This document shows, in pieces, positions 25,701 through 37,100 of a stretch of DNA of 64,000 bases. A program made the position numbers and the translations under genes. Origin of the DNA: Lingula anatina (lineage: Eukaryota; Animalia; Brachiopoda); assembly GCA_051362555.1 (NCBI GenBank), contig CM120642.1, forward strand, positions 28,644,001 to 28,708,000, read 5' to 3'. Within the stretch, counting starts at the first letter, position 1. The number at the start of each line of letters is the position of its first letter. A model generated the notes under the pieces. It was given only the letters and a program-made list of their open reading frames with translations, searched no databases and was not told the origin of the DNA.

Positions 25701-27087
25701 AAAAAACTGCCATACCAAAGTTAAGTTTTAGCCAAATCTAAATTAATGAGTTAAAACACACTTTTTTTGGATTTTTTTTCATTGTAAATATTTCCCATTG
25801 CTAATTAAATCCAGTATCAGTGTTCTGAGTTTATATAAAAACTGCATGTAATATGTTTTTGTTTAACACATATTTTGTGCATTGAGTCAATTGTAATAGA
25901 ATTTTATAGCAGGTTTGGATGTTCAGAATTTTCCTCACACATTGTGCAAACTCTCATTAAGTTCTACATGTGAAAAAAAACAGGTTAAAAATACAGCTTT
26001 ACTGGCAATACTGCTCCAGAAATCTACTAGTAATATGATCCTATCTAGAAATTCAGAATAGGTTATTTAGGCCCTCAGAAGTTGAGGATGGGTGAAAAGG
26101 ATAAAAAAAAATATTATAGTAAACATCTATAGTGCAGAAATGGTCATTCTCTATAAGGATGAAAAGCATATCCTTTAGAAAAAAAAAAGCTTTCTAGTGC
26201 AACAGCTAGGGGTCTAAATGTTACTAAATATATATCAAGACATCATTTCATCAATACTGGTACAGTATATGTGAACCTTGGATTTCAAGAAGTGCAGGGA
26301 GCAAAATTAATCCATATACCCACCATCTAGACAAACCAGAATTTATAATCATTGACACCTGAAACAGCATACTGTACTGAATGGATAAGATTATGTGATT
26401 TCAGAGTAACATTTTTATTGGGGGCGGCAAGTCTGTGTGCACAATATATAAATTTGTATTATGCCAATTCTAGATCTGCCTTTTTACAAGTACCAAGGCT
26501 GACTGCAATGAAGTAGTTAAGACCCCCCCCCCCCCCCCCCGCCCAGCAGCATATCCATCATATACCTGTAATACCACCTGTCATAACACTTCTACACTGT
26601 GTTCAATAACATAAACACACAGCTATACAAGTACCTTGCTATCCTTGAATGTTACAACGAGTCTGTATCCCTGCAACAAGTCCGTCCTGTTGTTCACGTC
26701 CCTGAGGGCCATGTAGACAGCGGGCTCACAGCCCTGCCCTCCTGCCCAGTCCCCGGACATCGGGAACAACCCACCGATGTGCAGCAGGACCCGACCATCA
26801 CTGCTACCTGACGGAGGGGCGATATATTGATGGTACTGTCTCTCAAGGCTATATTGTGTAGTGTCTGTTAGATTGGGTGTCCCATTCGGTGTCAACACAG
26901 GCCCCATGGAGGTCAAAAATGAACCCGGGGTGGTCGGTATAGAGTTGTCCGGCGACTGGAAATTATGACCAGAAAGGTTGCCAAATCCGCTCTGATTCTT
27001 TCCTTTGCCGACCGAAATGGCAAACAGCAACAGAGTTACAAGAATTATCCTTGACACTGTACGGTATCTTGTCATGATTACTGCCAT
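2493..27087 (-). CDS. GABBR1: GABA-B receptor subunit 1, partial (5' three coding exons: 27087-26635, 12992-12858, 2663-2493; gene continues left of the window)
   Basis: The spliced translation reads ...[23 protein letters not shown]...FKDSK|[45 protein letters not shown]|[57 protein letters not shown], which closely matches the GABA-B1 Venus flytrap domain. All introns are GT-AG, phase 0. Confidence 0.95.
3024..6058 (-). mobile_element. Non-autonomous Helentron-associated element (HINE/DINE-1-like) with central tandem repeats
   Basis: 15-bp subterminal inverted repeats (tattgtaccaccagc 3059-3073 and gctggtggtacaata 6042-6056). A partial inverted repeat adjoins the 5' subTIR (6024-6036), with a ccgtccgg/ccggacgg stem nearby. 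A short 3' hairpin gaggcg-atac-cgcctc (3039-3054) is followed by terminal CTAGTT on the minus strand. Confidence 0.8.
3232..5090. repeat. Satellite array, ~13 copies of a 146-bp monomer
   Basis: aggtcaaaggtca recurs at 3376, 3522, 3668, 3814, 3960, 4106, 4252, 4398, 4544, 4690, 4836 and 4982 (146-bp period), plus a diverged first copy at 3232. Confidence 0.97.
6439..6581. mobile_element. Small non-autonomous DNA transposon (CA..TG ends, 5-bp TSD attat)
   Basis: TIRs caaggattttcccag and ctgggaaaagccctg, flanked by attat on both sides. Confidence 0.55.
7408..7722. mobile_element. Foldback MITE
   Basis: Long imperfect palindrome: aaaaatggccaacccacttaaaagcaatgctgcctaat pairs with attaggcagcattgcttttaagtggggtcggccattttt. 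Termini resemble those of the element at 23853. Confidence 0.75.
8194..8448. mobile_element. Foldback MITE, TAA TSD (PIF/Harbinger-Tourist-like)
   Basis: TIRs gaccccattcccatacc and ggtatgggaaccggttc; internal inverted arms ctaaattgcattcagctaaag and ctttagctgaatgcaatttag; taa flanks. Related copies at ~22074-22300 and ~20360-20445. Confidence 0.75.
9534..9892. mobile_element. Non-autonomous DNA transposon with CAG...CTG ends and a 6-bp TSD
   Basis: TIRs cagacatgctgaaa and tttcagcatgtctg; tctggg duplicated at 9528-9533 and 9893-9898; subterminal ggacca repeats. Confidence 0.8.
10220..10476. mobile_element. 257-bp near-perfect palindromic MITE, TTA TSD (PIF/Harbinger-type), copy 1
   Basis: tta|ggcttcgtttacatgcaatgtctattttct...agaaaatagacattgcatgtgaatgaagcc|tta; the whole element folds back on itself. 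Confidence 0.9.
12858..12992 (-). CDS. GABBR1: GABBR1 coding exon 2
   Basis: ttgcag|TGC ACC...GTG GTG|gtaag; 135 nt; encodes CTPGLG...[20 protein letters not shown]. Confidence 0.95.
13957..14235. repeat. 29-bp minisatellite, ~10 copies
   Basis: tggtccagatcc(c)tgtgg core at 13957, 13984, 14013, 14042, 14071, 14100, 14129, 14158 and 14187, with a degenerate copy at 14218. Confidence 0.95.
19665..19756. repeat. (TTTA)n microsatellite; others include (ATT)n 2671-2710, (GT)n 7300-7345 and 30172-30209, (CA)n 39900-39957, (TA)n 49934-49979, (GTT)n 59506-59541
   Basis: Direct reading of the sequence. Confidence 0.95.
20540..20967. mobile_element. CAGGGGCGGAT-type non-autonomous DNA transposon (5-bp TSD ggata), interrupted by a MITE
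   Basis: TIRs caggggcagat and atccgcccctg; ggata flanks. Homologous copies in inverted orientation at 22696-22842 and 37552-37719. Confidence 0.85.
20554..20810. mobile_element. 257-bp palindromic MITE, TTA TSD, copy 2
   Basis: Same sequence family and length as 10220-10476; tta at 20551-20553 and 20811-20813. Confidence 0.9.
22074..22300. mobile_element. Diverged foldback MITE (family of 8194-8448)
   Basis: Shares atagttaattacccc..acagcttt(t)agtaggc with the 8.3-kb copy; imperfect TIRs; tta/taa flanks. Confidence 0.55.
22696..22842. mobile_element. CAGGGGCGGAT-type element, internally deleted copy (5-bp TSD cacat)
   Basis: caggggtggatccag...aatccacccatg flanked by cacat; aligns with 37552-37719. 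Confidence 0.8.
23853..24016. mobile_element. Small MITE
   Basis: Inverted arms agggtcaaatatg and catatttgaccct; terminal ggccccattcagaac and gttctgactgtggcc. Confidence 0.6.
24250..25800 (-). mobile_element. Highly decayed LINE ORF2 3' remnant
   Basis: Minus-strand fragments translate to LINE-like C-terminal motifs ([11 protein letters not shown], resembling LRISxHxLxIETGR; [12 protein letters not shown]) among many stops. Boundaries are approximate. Confidence 0.4.
26635..27087 (-). CDS. GABBR1: GABBR1 coding exon 1 (signal peptide, S/T/P-rich linker, start of Venus flytrap domain; no sushi domains)
   Basis: ATG at 27087, hydrophobic signal [27 protein letters not shown] motif, donor AAG|gtactt. 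453 nt. Confidence 0.93.
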
Positions 27088-27546
27088 TTGGTTGGTCGAT
27101 AATCCTAAGTGTTAATGTTCCCGAGGTGTTTGTAAAACACGACTTACTGCTCGCTTCAAAGCCCTAGACCAGGCCCGACGTTACTTATTTCAAGTGGATT
27201 TCTTTGCATCAAATCAGCGGCTCTAGTTCATCTCCATTCAAGCACTGAGTAGTCAGTTGATGCAAAACACAGTCAAACCTCCAGATTGTGACTTACAACA
27301 TATTTTTTACGGTGCGCGTGCTTTTTGGAGTTAAATTCCGCCCGCCTTCGCTTGAGTAACCATAATCAATCTGACAGGTGCTTGCGAAATACGTCATTGA
27401 AAGGTGGTTATTTGGATTAGTGATTGACACTTCCGGCGACGTCATCAAAAGGTGTGTAAGTACACATGCACATGCACGGAAGTCCACGTGCAGGAGCAAA
27501 ATACGACGATTTTTAGTTTTATTTTAGGCAGATTTAACATATTCAT
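27088..27546. promoter_or_regulatory. Bidirectional promoter / 5'UTRs shared by GABBR1 and ZNHIT6
   Basis: Divergent ATGs 460 bp apart. CpG-containing stretch with ETS core CACTTCCGG (27428-27436), adjacent CRE-like CGACGTCA (27437-27444), GC box ccgcccgcc and E-box CACGTG. Confidence 0.65.
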
Positions 27547-30168
27547 ATGGAAGAGGAGAGGGAGGAACCAAATGCACACAGGTTTGTTGTATATTATTTG
27601 TCTTTTTTAACACAAATGCCAAAACATCCACCTCAATCTCGCTCGGCTTGGCTAGCTCGTTGGCTGCGTTCAACATGTACCAGGCAATTTAATTGTAGCA
27701 GTGTGACTCTGCATCACTTTTATCAGATTGTTCATTTTCTCCTTCCCCGTAATTTCCATTCCACAGACACCTAAGTGTGGTAATGGACATTAGTACCTAC
27801 ATTGTACATCCAATTTTACTGGTTTTATGATGTTGTAGAATTTACGGTTAAAAGGCAGTAAAATAATTAGGGCCCACAAATTTTCCCAATAAAGATATAA
27901 ATTTGAAATATGATACAATCATACAGAGGCAGCTGCATATTTGTTTGTGAATATACCATTTGATTTTTGGGACCTCAGTTTACGGGAGTAGATCTAAAAT
28001 TATTCAAGTTTTAGTAACACCATAAATTACTTAAAATGAGTCAAAAGTTAACCCACTTGATTTCCACCTCCTAAACATTGTCCTACTGCTGTAGCTAAGA
28101 ATTTATCACAAAATAGGTAAACTAAATAGAGTTGAACACTGAGTGACAATAATTCAGCAAATCTTAATTACAATTGAGGAGAAATACAGTAGATTGCTGT
28201 CCATCCATTTTTGTGCAATCAATAAAATAGCTCTCCTTGGAAGCAGACCATTTCTAGAACATTTCTTCTCAAGTCATGCAGGCCAAAGGCTAGCTTATGG
28301 AAGTCAGTTAAGGATTAAGACCATCTGAAATCTAAAAGCTACAATTAACAGTCTTGGTGTGAGCAAACAGTTGTAAAATGTACAACTCCTTAATTGATTT
28401 GAGCCAGTAATTTTTTTTTTAGAGAGCATTCACATTGAGAAGAGCCAAGGTCTAGCAAGGCCGAGACCTAAATATGACGGACCAACATGAAAGGAAGATC
28501 ACGTAATCCTTTCATAGTCTCTCATTGGCATTGACATCGACCTCGGCTCTTCTCAATGTACATGCTCTTTTAGTCTTCAGTGTGCGTATTGTGTTAGAGG
28601 TGATGGATCACAGATGTTCACTGCAATGCAGAAGTCTTTATATTTGCACCATATGTCACCTAATACTGAGCCTTCAATTCTTAATTCAAATATCTAAAAA
28701 TAACTGGTTTATTTTCATATCAGTTACACATACTTTTTATGCTGTTTTTGAAATGATCACAGTAAACTGTTGTCATTCACTTATAATTGGTATATTTAGT
28801 TTCAGGTGTGAGGTATGTGCACAGCTAGCTGCCAAGTACAAGTGTCCTCGCTGTGCCATCAGGACATGTTCTTTACCTTGTGTGAAGCAGCACAAGCTGA
28901 GGCAGGACTGTAGTGGGGTCAGGGACAAGACAGCTTACGTGGCAATGAAAGATTTCACAGACTTGAATTTGCTCAGTGGTAAGAGGATACAGAGCATGTG
29001 TTTTGTTTGGTGTACCTTTATACTTGCTATGAATGTTTGGAGAGGGAGGCAGTCTGCCAGTAAAGAAATTAATATTTAGATATAAAAAAAAGGACATGTT
29101 TAAAGATAGGTTTTTAGGTCTTTTGGATTGGATGTCTTGTATATGCAACATTTCCAAACTTGTATAAATTTGCCTTGCTGTTTTGTTCAGTATGTTGGCA
29201 TGAGTTGTTTGGTGTTAATCACACCTGTAGACCATTCAAATTTAGATCTTTCATACTTAACATTTTCAAAATTCATTTGTTGCAGATTACAGATTTCTAG
29301 AAGATGCAGACCGCAAATCTGACACAGCCAGAAGAGACACAATAGCACGGCGAAGAGAAGTGCCTAGATATGTAAGTTACTGCACTTAACTGTAAAATAA
29401 CAACAAGGATTTTGCTCTTCGAAAACTTTTGGGTATTGTATATTTCATATTTGATTGACACCCCTGTAAAATAGGGAGATTAGAGGAATGCCCTCAATAG
29501 AAAATAAAAATTCATTTAATCTACACTGTCGACACTTTTTCATTACAGAACTGAGATACTAATAAATTCCGTACAAGAATGAACCTGTAATTAGAGATGA
29601 ATTGTGAAACAGACCTAAATTGTAATGATTCTCAATAATTTTCAGCTTAAAAGAGTTCTTAATCAAAGCAGACAGAGGGGAATCCATTTGAAACTGTTGC
29701 CTATTGGGATGACAAAAAGAAAACTCAATTCCACATTCTTTCAAGAGAGGTATGGATGAATTTAGTTTTTATTTTTTCTTTCATAATATTATTTTCATAC
29801 AGACATATTTGTTTTAATGTGAAGTACTAGCATACATTTTGCATAGGGGCAGTTACAAGATGAATGATTAAATAATTTCATTGCAACTAGTGACTGTGGA
29901 AATAAGAGTGTACTTCAGTCAGTGCAGTGATTGTTATACTGTGTCGTATATCTTCAGAACCAAAACCATCATGTGGACACTAGAGTGGGTGTTTCCTGCT
30001 GCACAAGCCAAGTATAGGGATAAGAGGTAACAATCATGGCATGTGGACAGTTTTGAATGCGGTTACAGTCCTGTATATTGTAGTGTATAAACACTCACCC
30101 ATGTTTTGCAGAATGTTTTCTTTTTCTGTTTCAGACTGACCATTGGCATTAGTCCTGCATAAATCTGT

Positions 30169-30219
<51 letters not shown>

Positions 30220-32013
30220 TGCGTGCATGCATGCGTGCAAGTGTGAAAATATAGTGGACAGTCATTCAGGCAAGGAGGTGCATCACAAACATGTAGAGTT
30301 AACAAAAAAATGATACACTGCATGCCCAAAATGTAAGTGAAATATATGCCAGAAAAATAATTAAAATAGATATAATAGGCCTTAGGTGTGATAATCATCA
30401 ACACATATTCATCTTTTTTTCCAGAGCTGGTGACATTGAGACCTTGAGATCTCTCCTGGGGAAGTACCTGACCCCAGGGGTTGCAGACCCTGTGGTGAGA
30501 CATAAGCTTAGACAGTATGAGAGAGCAGGAGTGGACAGTCTTACACTGGTCATGAAGGTAGAAGGGAGACCAGCTAATTCTGTCAGGTACATGTATACCA
30601 TGCAGATGGCTGGAAATTGTTCCTATCAGAATTCGGAAATTTATCTACTAAATATATCCGCATGGTGTTTTTGAATAGATAATGTAACGTGAGGTTGACA
30701 TGTAACTGTGATACAAAATGCATCGGAAATTTTAATATATATTAAAATGCATTAAATTTTGCTGTTTGGTAAACAAAGAAAAATCTTCAAACTTCACTAA
30801 GAGTTACTTGTTTGGTGTTACATTTCTCTAGGAGACTACATCTTCTTGTTTTGTTTTTTTGTTTCGTTTTATTTTGTTTTTCAATTTTGAAGACTGCCTC
30901 CCAGTAAGCCCATTCACATAGTACTTGCAATAGCAGAAGGTTGAAAAGGAAAGATAGCATTCATCAGTTCACACTTTAGATTGCATGAAAATGACTGAGA
31001 GTGTCAGTCTTATTTTGGGTGAATAAAACATTATCCTCAGCTTTCCAACTATACACTCTGTGTTATGTGAACTTTCCTACTTGTATCCTTCTGGACATAA
31101 AGGGTGGTTCTTTAACAATTTTACACGAGTTCCAGCTTGCACCACTTAACATATCTAACATATCATGACCTTGTGTAATACTAACGTCAGTTGCATGTTT
31201 GTATTTTGGTTTTCATTGTTGAAAAATAAGACAAGAATAAGAGCCAGTCTTCATCACATAAAAAACTAGGGTCTCTGTTTATTTCAGATATCACAAATTG
31301 TGTTTAGACAAAACTCTGTGCGAGAATCTTAAAGGGAAGCTGATTGTGGAGTACCCTACGGTGTTTGTCCTGTTGCAGAGTCAGCCTAAAATATACCCAA
31401 TACTTGGAGAGGGTGAGTGAATTGTTTACATCAGTTTTGTCAAGATATAGAACAGACTGTTTTCATTCAGAGATAGTGAAAATAATCTTGATTACGGATT
31501 AGATTAAAAGTATTAACGTAGCCCTCCTAATTGTAGAGATATTTGTATTATAAGTATGGTTGCAACTTAACAAGCTTAATTCAATATGTCAGATAATATT
31601 AATTTCCTCTCTGTAAAAACTTATTATCATAATTATCAGTCTTGAATATGCATTACTGGTTGTGTAGCTTAATTTAATAATTAAGTATATACACTAAATA
31701 TTTACTTTTATAATTACCTTACTTATGTTAGTCATAGCCTTTGTAAAAACTGGCTTGAACTAATAAAGAAAATTATTATTATTATTATTATTATTATTCC
31801 TGTTAATGGACATTTTTCTCTCCATTATAAACAGACAACAGTAACAGCAGCAGCAGTGACAGTAGCAGTGACAGCAGTGTATCAAGTGATGAAGATGAAG
31901 CCAGTACTGCAGCGACAGAGAAAGCTGCATCTGCTGAGGAGAGAACAAAAGATACCAGTATCATTAATGAGACAGAAGAAACAAACTGCACAGACAATAT
32001 TAATCCAGACTGA
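27547..32013 (+). CDS. ZNHIT6: Box C/D snoRNA protein 1 / zinc finger HIT domain protein 6, 310 aa; join(27547-27581,28806-28978,29286-29371,29646-29749,29958-30026,30425-30586,31288-31412,31835-32013)
   Basis: HIT finger CEVC...[18 protein letters not shown]...CSGVRDKT, followed by [37 protein letters not shown] and [12 protein letters not shown]. All introns are GT-AG with consistent phases; 933 nt. The first exon is the least certain. Confidence 0.93.
28422..28569. mobile_element. Tourist-like MITE in ZNHIT6 intron 1 (TTA TSD)
   Basis: TIRs gagagcattcacattgagaagagccaaggtc and gacctcggctcttctcaatgtacatgctctt. Confidence 0.75.
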
Positions 32014-32595
32014 TAATTTATGGTCAGCAAAGTGCATTCAGTTTGATGTGCATATTTAAACTAAAGCATCTTAAATGTTGCAAATCAGCCTTGGAAGAAG
32101 TACTTTTAGGTATCTTCAAATAAGCCTGATGGGTCTGATGATTGAGACTGGACAGTGAACAGAATGTGAGAGAAGCAAGTTTAATACTAGTTACCTAATC
32201 TATAATTTATATGCAACACTGTAATGCAAACAAGTTTGCTAATAATCCGTGTTGAAACAACTGCCCTTGTGCCTATTTCTCTTAAAAGCACCACATGTAA
32301 AACTGTAGTATATCTACACACAGTGCTGTTTTAGTTGCTCTGTATTAGCATGGTGCCTCATTTCTCACAGCAGAAGTACAGCAGTTTCAAGGACTCTAGA
32401 AAAAGACCACCAACAAGAGTTGCTGGCAGGAGATGTAATATGAAAATATCTCGCTATTATAAACAAAACTTTTCTGTTCATGACTTGACTTTGTTTCCTG
32501 CAGAAAAATTTGCCATAACTGCAATTCTACATATGGAGGTCAGTTAAGCCTCCTGTTTCATCAGAACTTGTAAAAGGAAAAAGAAACAGAAGCCA

Positions 32596-32601
32596 AATAA
32601 A
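32596..32601 (+). terminator. Candidate ZNHIT6 polyadenylation signal
   Basis: AATAAA ~580 nt after the stop codon, followed by a T-rich tract. Confidence 0.4.
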
Positions 32602-34726
32602 AGAACGTGAAATTCCAAAGTTAACATTGAACATGAAATCCACAGAAATTTTTTAAGCGATAGATTTTTTTTCTTTTTTTTTTAATTGCTAAATTGATTC
32701 TTTGTTAGATTTATGCACTCCGTACTGTGACAGTGAGTTCCGGTATTAAATTAAATTAATAATTATGTAATTGGAGATTTGCAAAAACGAAAGAAATCTA
32801 TCAAAAACGCCATTGTAGGAAATATGAACCATGTGATGTTTTTCGTTTTGGCCATGAGCTGTCTTTGATCTAGTTGTATTGTAACCTGTGTGTTACTCGC
32901 CCTCGTGTTATGAAAGGGGATTGGTCACTCTCTTAGTGAAATCACTTGGTGGGAAAAGAGGTTCACATTGTTTACGGTCTAGTTGCATCAAGGTAACTAT
33001 TGTCGTCCACAGCCTAGGTAAGTGCCGCTTTTGTTCCCTCCTATCTTGAATATCTCTACATTGGCAATGAAGATGTCGATAAATTACTCTTATCACAATA
33101 TCGTTTTGGTGCACTGAAACTGAAAGGACTTTGTTTCGTGGGACTTACAGTGAGTGAAGTGGACTGGTTGCAGGTTGTTATTGTTTCTAGTTTGATAGAT
33201 TCTAGCTTATGTCCGGTCTTGTTGGATTGACGTGGTACCACCCATCTCGGCAGGTCGACTTGCGGTAATTACCCGATCTTTTCAACGGTCAAAAATTATC
33301 AAACTTTCAGATACACAATTTCATAATCACAAACATTATATTTCTGTATGGCATTTGTGGTGCTTTTACTAAAACGAAGTAGCCTACCTTTTAATTTTGT
33401 TGCTACCACTTAATAATATAGACTTTTAAGACCCACCAAACGCCTTAGCAATAATTAACATTGACATACACGTATGCTTATCTATGACGACTATCGACAC
33501 AAACATCAAAATATATGCCAAGCTATCTCTTTGTTGACTTTTTCCCCTTTCACCGACAAAAGGATGATGGTGAGTGTGAGATGATACTATCTTACGTGTA
33601 CCTCAGGCACCTCTGAGTGGACAGTCTAGCGAAATCCTCGAGTGACACCTTCCAAACTATGGCAGACGCTTTCTTTTTTAACCAACACAGTGATTAACTT
33701 TGCATATTATACCAGTAAGACGTTTAATTTACAAAAAATCATAAACATTTCGCATGATTAATATATAAAATGCTGCTTGTCACAAAATGATATGTTTAAA
33801 CGGCCCCGTCTTCATTTATCTTAATGTGAAGAATGAGTTCAATTATGAAAAACTGTCAGTAACGGCAGATCATTATTTTTACTTGACACGTACGTCCTGT
33901 GGAGGTGTCGTTTGTCTCATCCTGTGCTCGACCCACGTGTTTTAGTTACGTGATTCAATGGCGTGGTCCCCGTCTTTCTGCTCTATTGTCATTTATTTTA
34001 TTTCTTTGTGGCGGTCATTAAACCGCTCCTGCTATCAACCCTTGCAGACAACTAATTTATTTCCACTCATCAATAAATGAATGAACTAAGATATGAAGTG
34101 ATATGCAATATGCCTTATTTTTCTGCGTTTTTCTGATAAAAATAGTTCTCTGGATTGGTATCAGAGGAATCCTCTGAACGCCCGTACTTTCCTCCTGGTT
34201 CGTGTTCGAATAATTTAGCTAATGTCACGTATTACGGCTTGCATACAGGGAGCCTCGATCGCATTCAGAATTCTACAGAAGAGACTCTCCAGAATGACGT
34301 GCTCTCTTGTGAGTAATTGCTAACGGCAGAAACGACCCTGGCTTGCTTGTGGTAGAAAGGACTTTGTTGATGTGAACGGGAAGATGTACAGTAAAAGAAC
34401 AAACCTTTTTTCAGCTACAAATGATTGACTGTAAGCTAAATGTGCAAGTATTTCGCTGAACTTGGATTTGGTAGTAAAAATATATCTCACAAAAATGTCA
34501 GGTGTGCCACATCAATTTATGTAAATTAGGCCCTGCTGGTAATTATAACGTGCCAGAAAGTTTTAGCACATCTTGTCTCTACCGTGATAATTCATGCAAT
34601 AATGATACCTATTATGCGCTGCTACGGCTGCTTCAAAGTATGAGCAATATCGCCGTAAATGTGACGTGGTAGTTAATCTAGTATTGTACGCAATAATCCT
34701 CCTGACAGGCTGAAGATGATTGAAAA

Positions 34727-35308
34727 TCAAGGCCCCATGACGTCGGCCTTCAACATGCGGCACAGGAACTCGTCCTTCAGGCATCCATTAATAAACTCTT
34801 CTTTGGTGAGATCTCCGGTGTCATCAAGGTCCATTTTGCTGAATATTTGGTCAGTGCACTCTTCTGGTGTCACATAATCAATATCGCCCTCTTTGCGACT
34901 GATTTTACTGACGGCTCTCATAATGTGGAGAATCTCTTTCTTGCCTATCATACCGTTTCCGTCGATATCACACATAGAAAAGGTCCAGCTGAGCTTATTC
35001 TGGAGGTCCCCAGAAGAAGTGATACTTATGGTGAGCAGATAGTCGCGGAAGTTGATGTCCCCGCTTCTATCGGCGTCAAAAGCTCTGAAAATATGCTCGT
35101 AGAAATCCGCCGCTTTCCTTGCGTCGATCGTCGGATTGATGCACGAGAAAATGTGCATTAGTTTTCCCCGACTCAATGTCCCAGATGGATTTTCCTCCCA
35201 AAAACTCTTGTGCAGTTGCCTGATTTGTTTCTTGTCATACTGGGTGTGTTTGGCCAAGTAGAGTAAATCTTCTTTGGAGATTCTGTTCTTAGATCTCGAG
35301 TTGCCCAT
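34727..35308 (-). CDS. Neuronal calcium sensor (NCS/neurocalcin/recoverin family), 193 aa, intronless CDS
   Basis: N-myristoylation start MGNSRSK; non-binding EF1 (NPSG); EF2 DADRSGDINFRD, EF3 DIDGNGMIGKKE, EF4 DLDDTGDLTKEE; KLSWTFSMCD and TPEE..DQIF family motifs. Confidence 0.92.
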   Translation of the reverse strand: MGNSRSKNRISKEDLLYLAKHTQYDKKQIRQLHKSFWEENPSGTLSRGKLMHIFSCINPTIDARKAADFYEHIFRAFDADRSGDINFRDYLLTISITSSGDLQNKLSWTFSMCDIDGNGMIGKKEILHIMRAVSKISRKEGDIDYVTPEECTDQIFSKMDLDDTGDLTKEEFINGCLKDEFLCRMLKADVMGP

Positions 35309-36564
35309 TTTGTCGAGGCACATGTAAGATTGAAATATTTTGTCCTTGGTCGTCCGTTGGTATCATGTACGTCCTTTCTCCCATTCAACTCTGCACCGCA
35401 CCGCAGGTCAGTTATTACATATGGCACTTCAATGCAGACGAAGGGTTTACGCATAAAGCACAGCCTTTGTTACGCATACTCCTCATGGTCAATATGGCAT
35501 AGGTCGCACCACGGTTTCATTTAAGGCCAAAACGATGTCCAAATACTCACAACTCTCCTATTCCGTTCTTTCCTCTTAACCCAAGTCTTCTAAAAATGAA
35601 TTCCTTTACCCAATTCCTCCCCGTTTAAGATTTGATTTTACCTGCTTATTTTCTGGCGTTCCTCGCGCCCAGGGACGTAATGACTAAAGCTCCGGCTCAT
35701 CTACATGTTAAATGTCCTATAAAATTAATACTCTGTCTCAGCATCCACGATCAGCACGATTCATGTATTATAATGTCTAAATATTATTAAACATATATGT
35801 AAAATACCAGGCACAATAACACGAGTGTGGGTGCACCGCACGCTGGAAGTGAAATGGCCCTATTGCGTGCCACAGTACCGCCCGACTAGTATTTCATCTC
35901 TTTTCATATCACGGGATTATCTTATCTCACCAAGCCACCAATGACACGCTAGTTTCTATATATGATCATGTTCCCTGACCAACTACATATAGTTTTACAA
36001 ATAACCTAATAATAAAAAAATAATAATAAATATAATAATAATTTTGTATGTTTTGAGCTTTTTTTAATAACTAATCTACCTTTGATTTATCACAAAACTC
36101 GCTTATAGTTTCGACAAAGCAAAGCCACAAACCCAGGTTACAATTTATCTGACGCCATCAGAAGGTGAGGAACATTCTGCACTATAAAACTTGAGGCCGG
36201 TGACCGAAAAGGGGATGTAAACAAATGATTTATGTTTTATGTACTGCAAATCTTTCCTCGACCTTTTATATTACAGCTCCCAGACAAGATAATGCGTCTT
36301 TTTCCACGTACATCGCAGATCTGATTCAGATGTCTACAAATATATAACACCGATAAGAGTAACTATAATACTGTCTTTAATCTATACATCCGATATCAAG
36401 AATGTATTACAGTCTACTGATATGTAATACATTCTTGTCGATATGTACACATGTATTTAACAAATCAGATAAACCACATGCATTACGAGAGCATTTTTCA
36501 ACAATATACCTGGAGAAATGCACATTCGAACAGCGTTTTAAGGTGTTGTTTTTATTTCATTTAA

Positions 36565-36897
36565 AGGGATAAGAAGTGCCCATATTGGCGGGGAAAGCGC
36601 CATGAAACGCATTTTCTTGGTTTAAACGTTTTCTCATACTTACCAACAGTTAATGAATCCGTTCCGACATTCAAAGTTAGTCCTTTTTTAAATTTGATTT
36701 TTGTAATAATCCCTTATATGATTATAACGAAGAGTAGTTAGCCATCTATAAAGGTCCACGATGTCCGATGGCAAGCACAGATTCGAAAATAATTGCAATA
36801 GCCTCCGTTTTGGTGGTGAAATGGAATTAATTTTTTTTAGTTGTTTTCAGTGAATTTATTATAAAATGTGGATCTCATACGAAGAGTTGTTATCCCT
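36565..36897. mobile_element. Non-autonomous TTAA-TSD element (Kolobok-like), copy A
   Basis: ttaa|agggataa...ttatccct|ttaa; an inverted homologous copy lies at 37101-37455. Confidence 0.65.
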
Positions 36898-37100
36898 TTA
36901 ACATTGCTGACATGCGGTTAACGTTGATAAGACCTTTGCTGCATTGAAGCATCCAATAATTTATAAACAAGCGTGCTTTTGTGGAAATACTGTAGATAAA
37001 TGAAGAGAGAGTAAAGCTATCGTAGTTTAAAAAGAAATGAAGTAATTAAGTTATGAAGATTTATTGACGGCATGCAGAGTTTGTACTTCATAATATCATA

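Noticed and set aside
27582-31834. Intronic box C/D snoRNAs hosted by ZNHIT6
   Set aside because: No convincing RUGAUGA...CUGA pair with a terminal stem was found by eye; a snoscan/Infernal search would be needed.
32908-33290. Possible terminal exon or small gene between ZNHIT6 and the NCS gene
   Set aside because: Short frames with stops, and no convincing acceptor or homology.
34847-35161. Antisense ORFs over the NCS, FG-GAP and GPCR coding regions (also 43914-45968, 54874-55275, 63324-63617)
   Set aside because: Shadow ORFs of real genes on the opposite strand.
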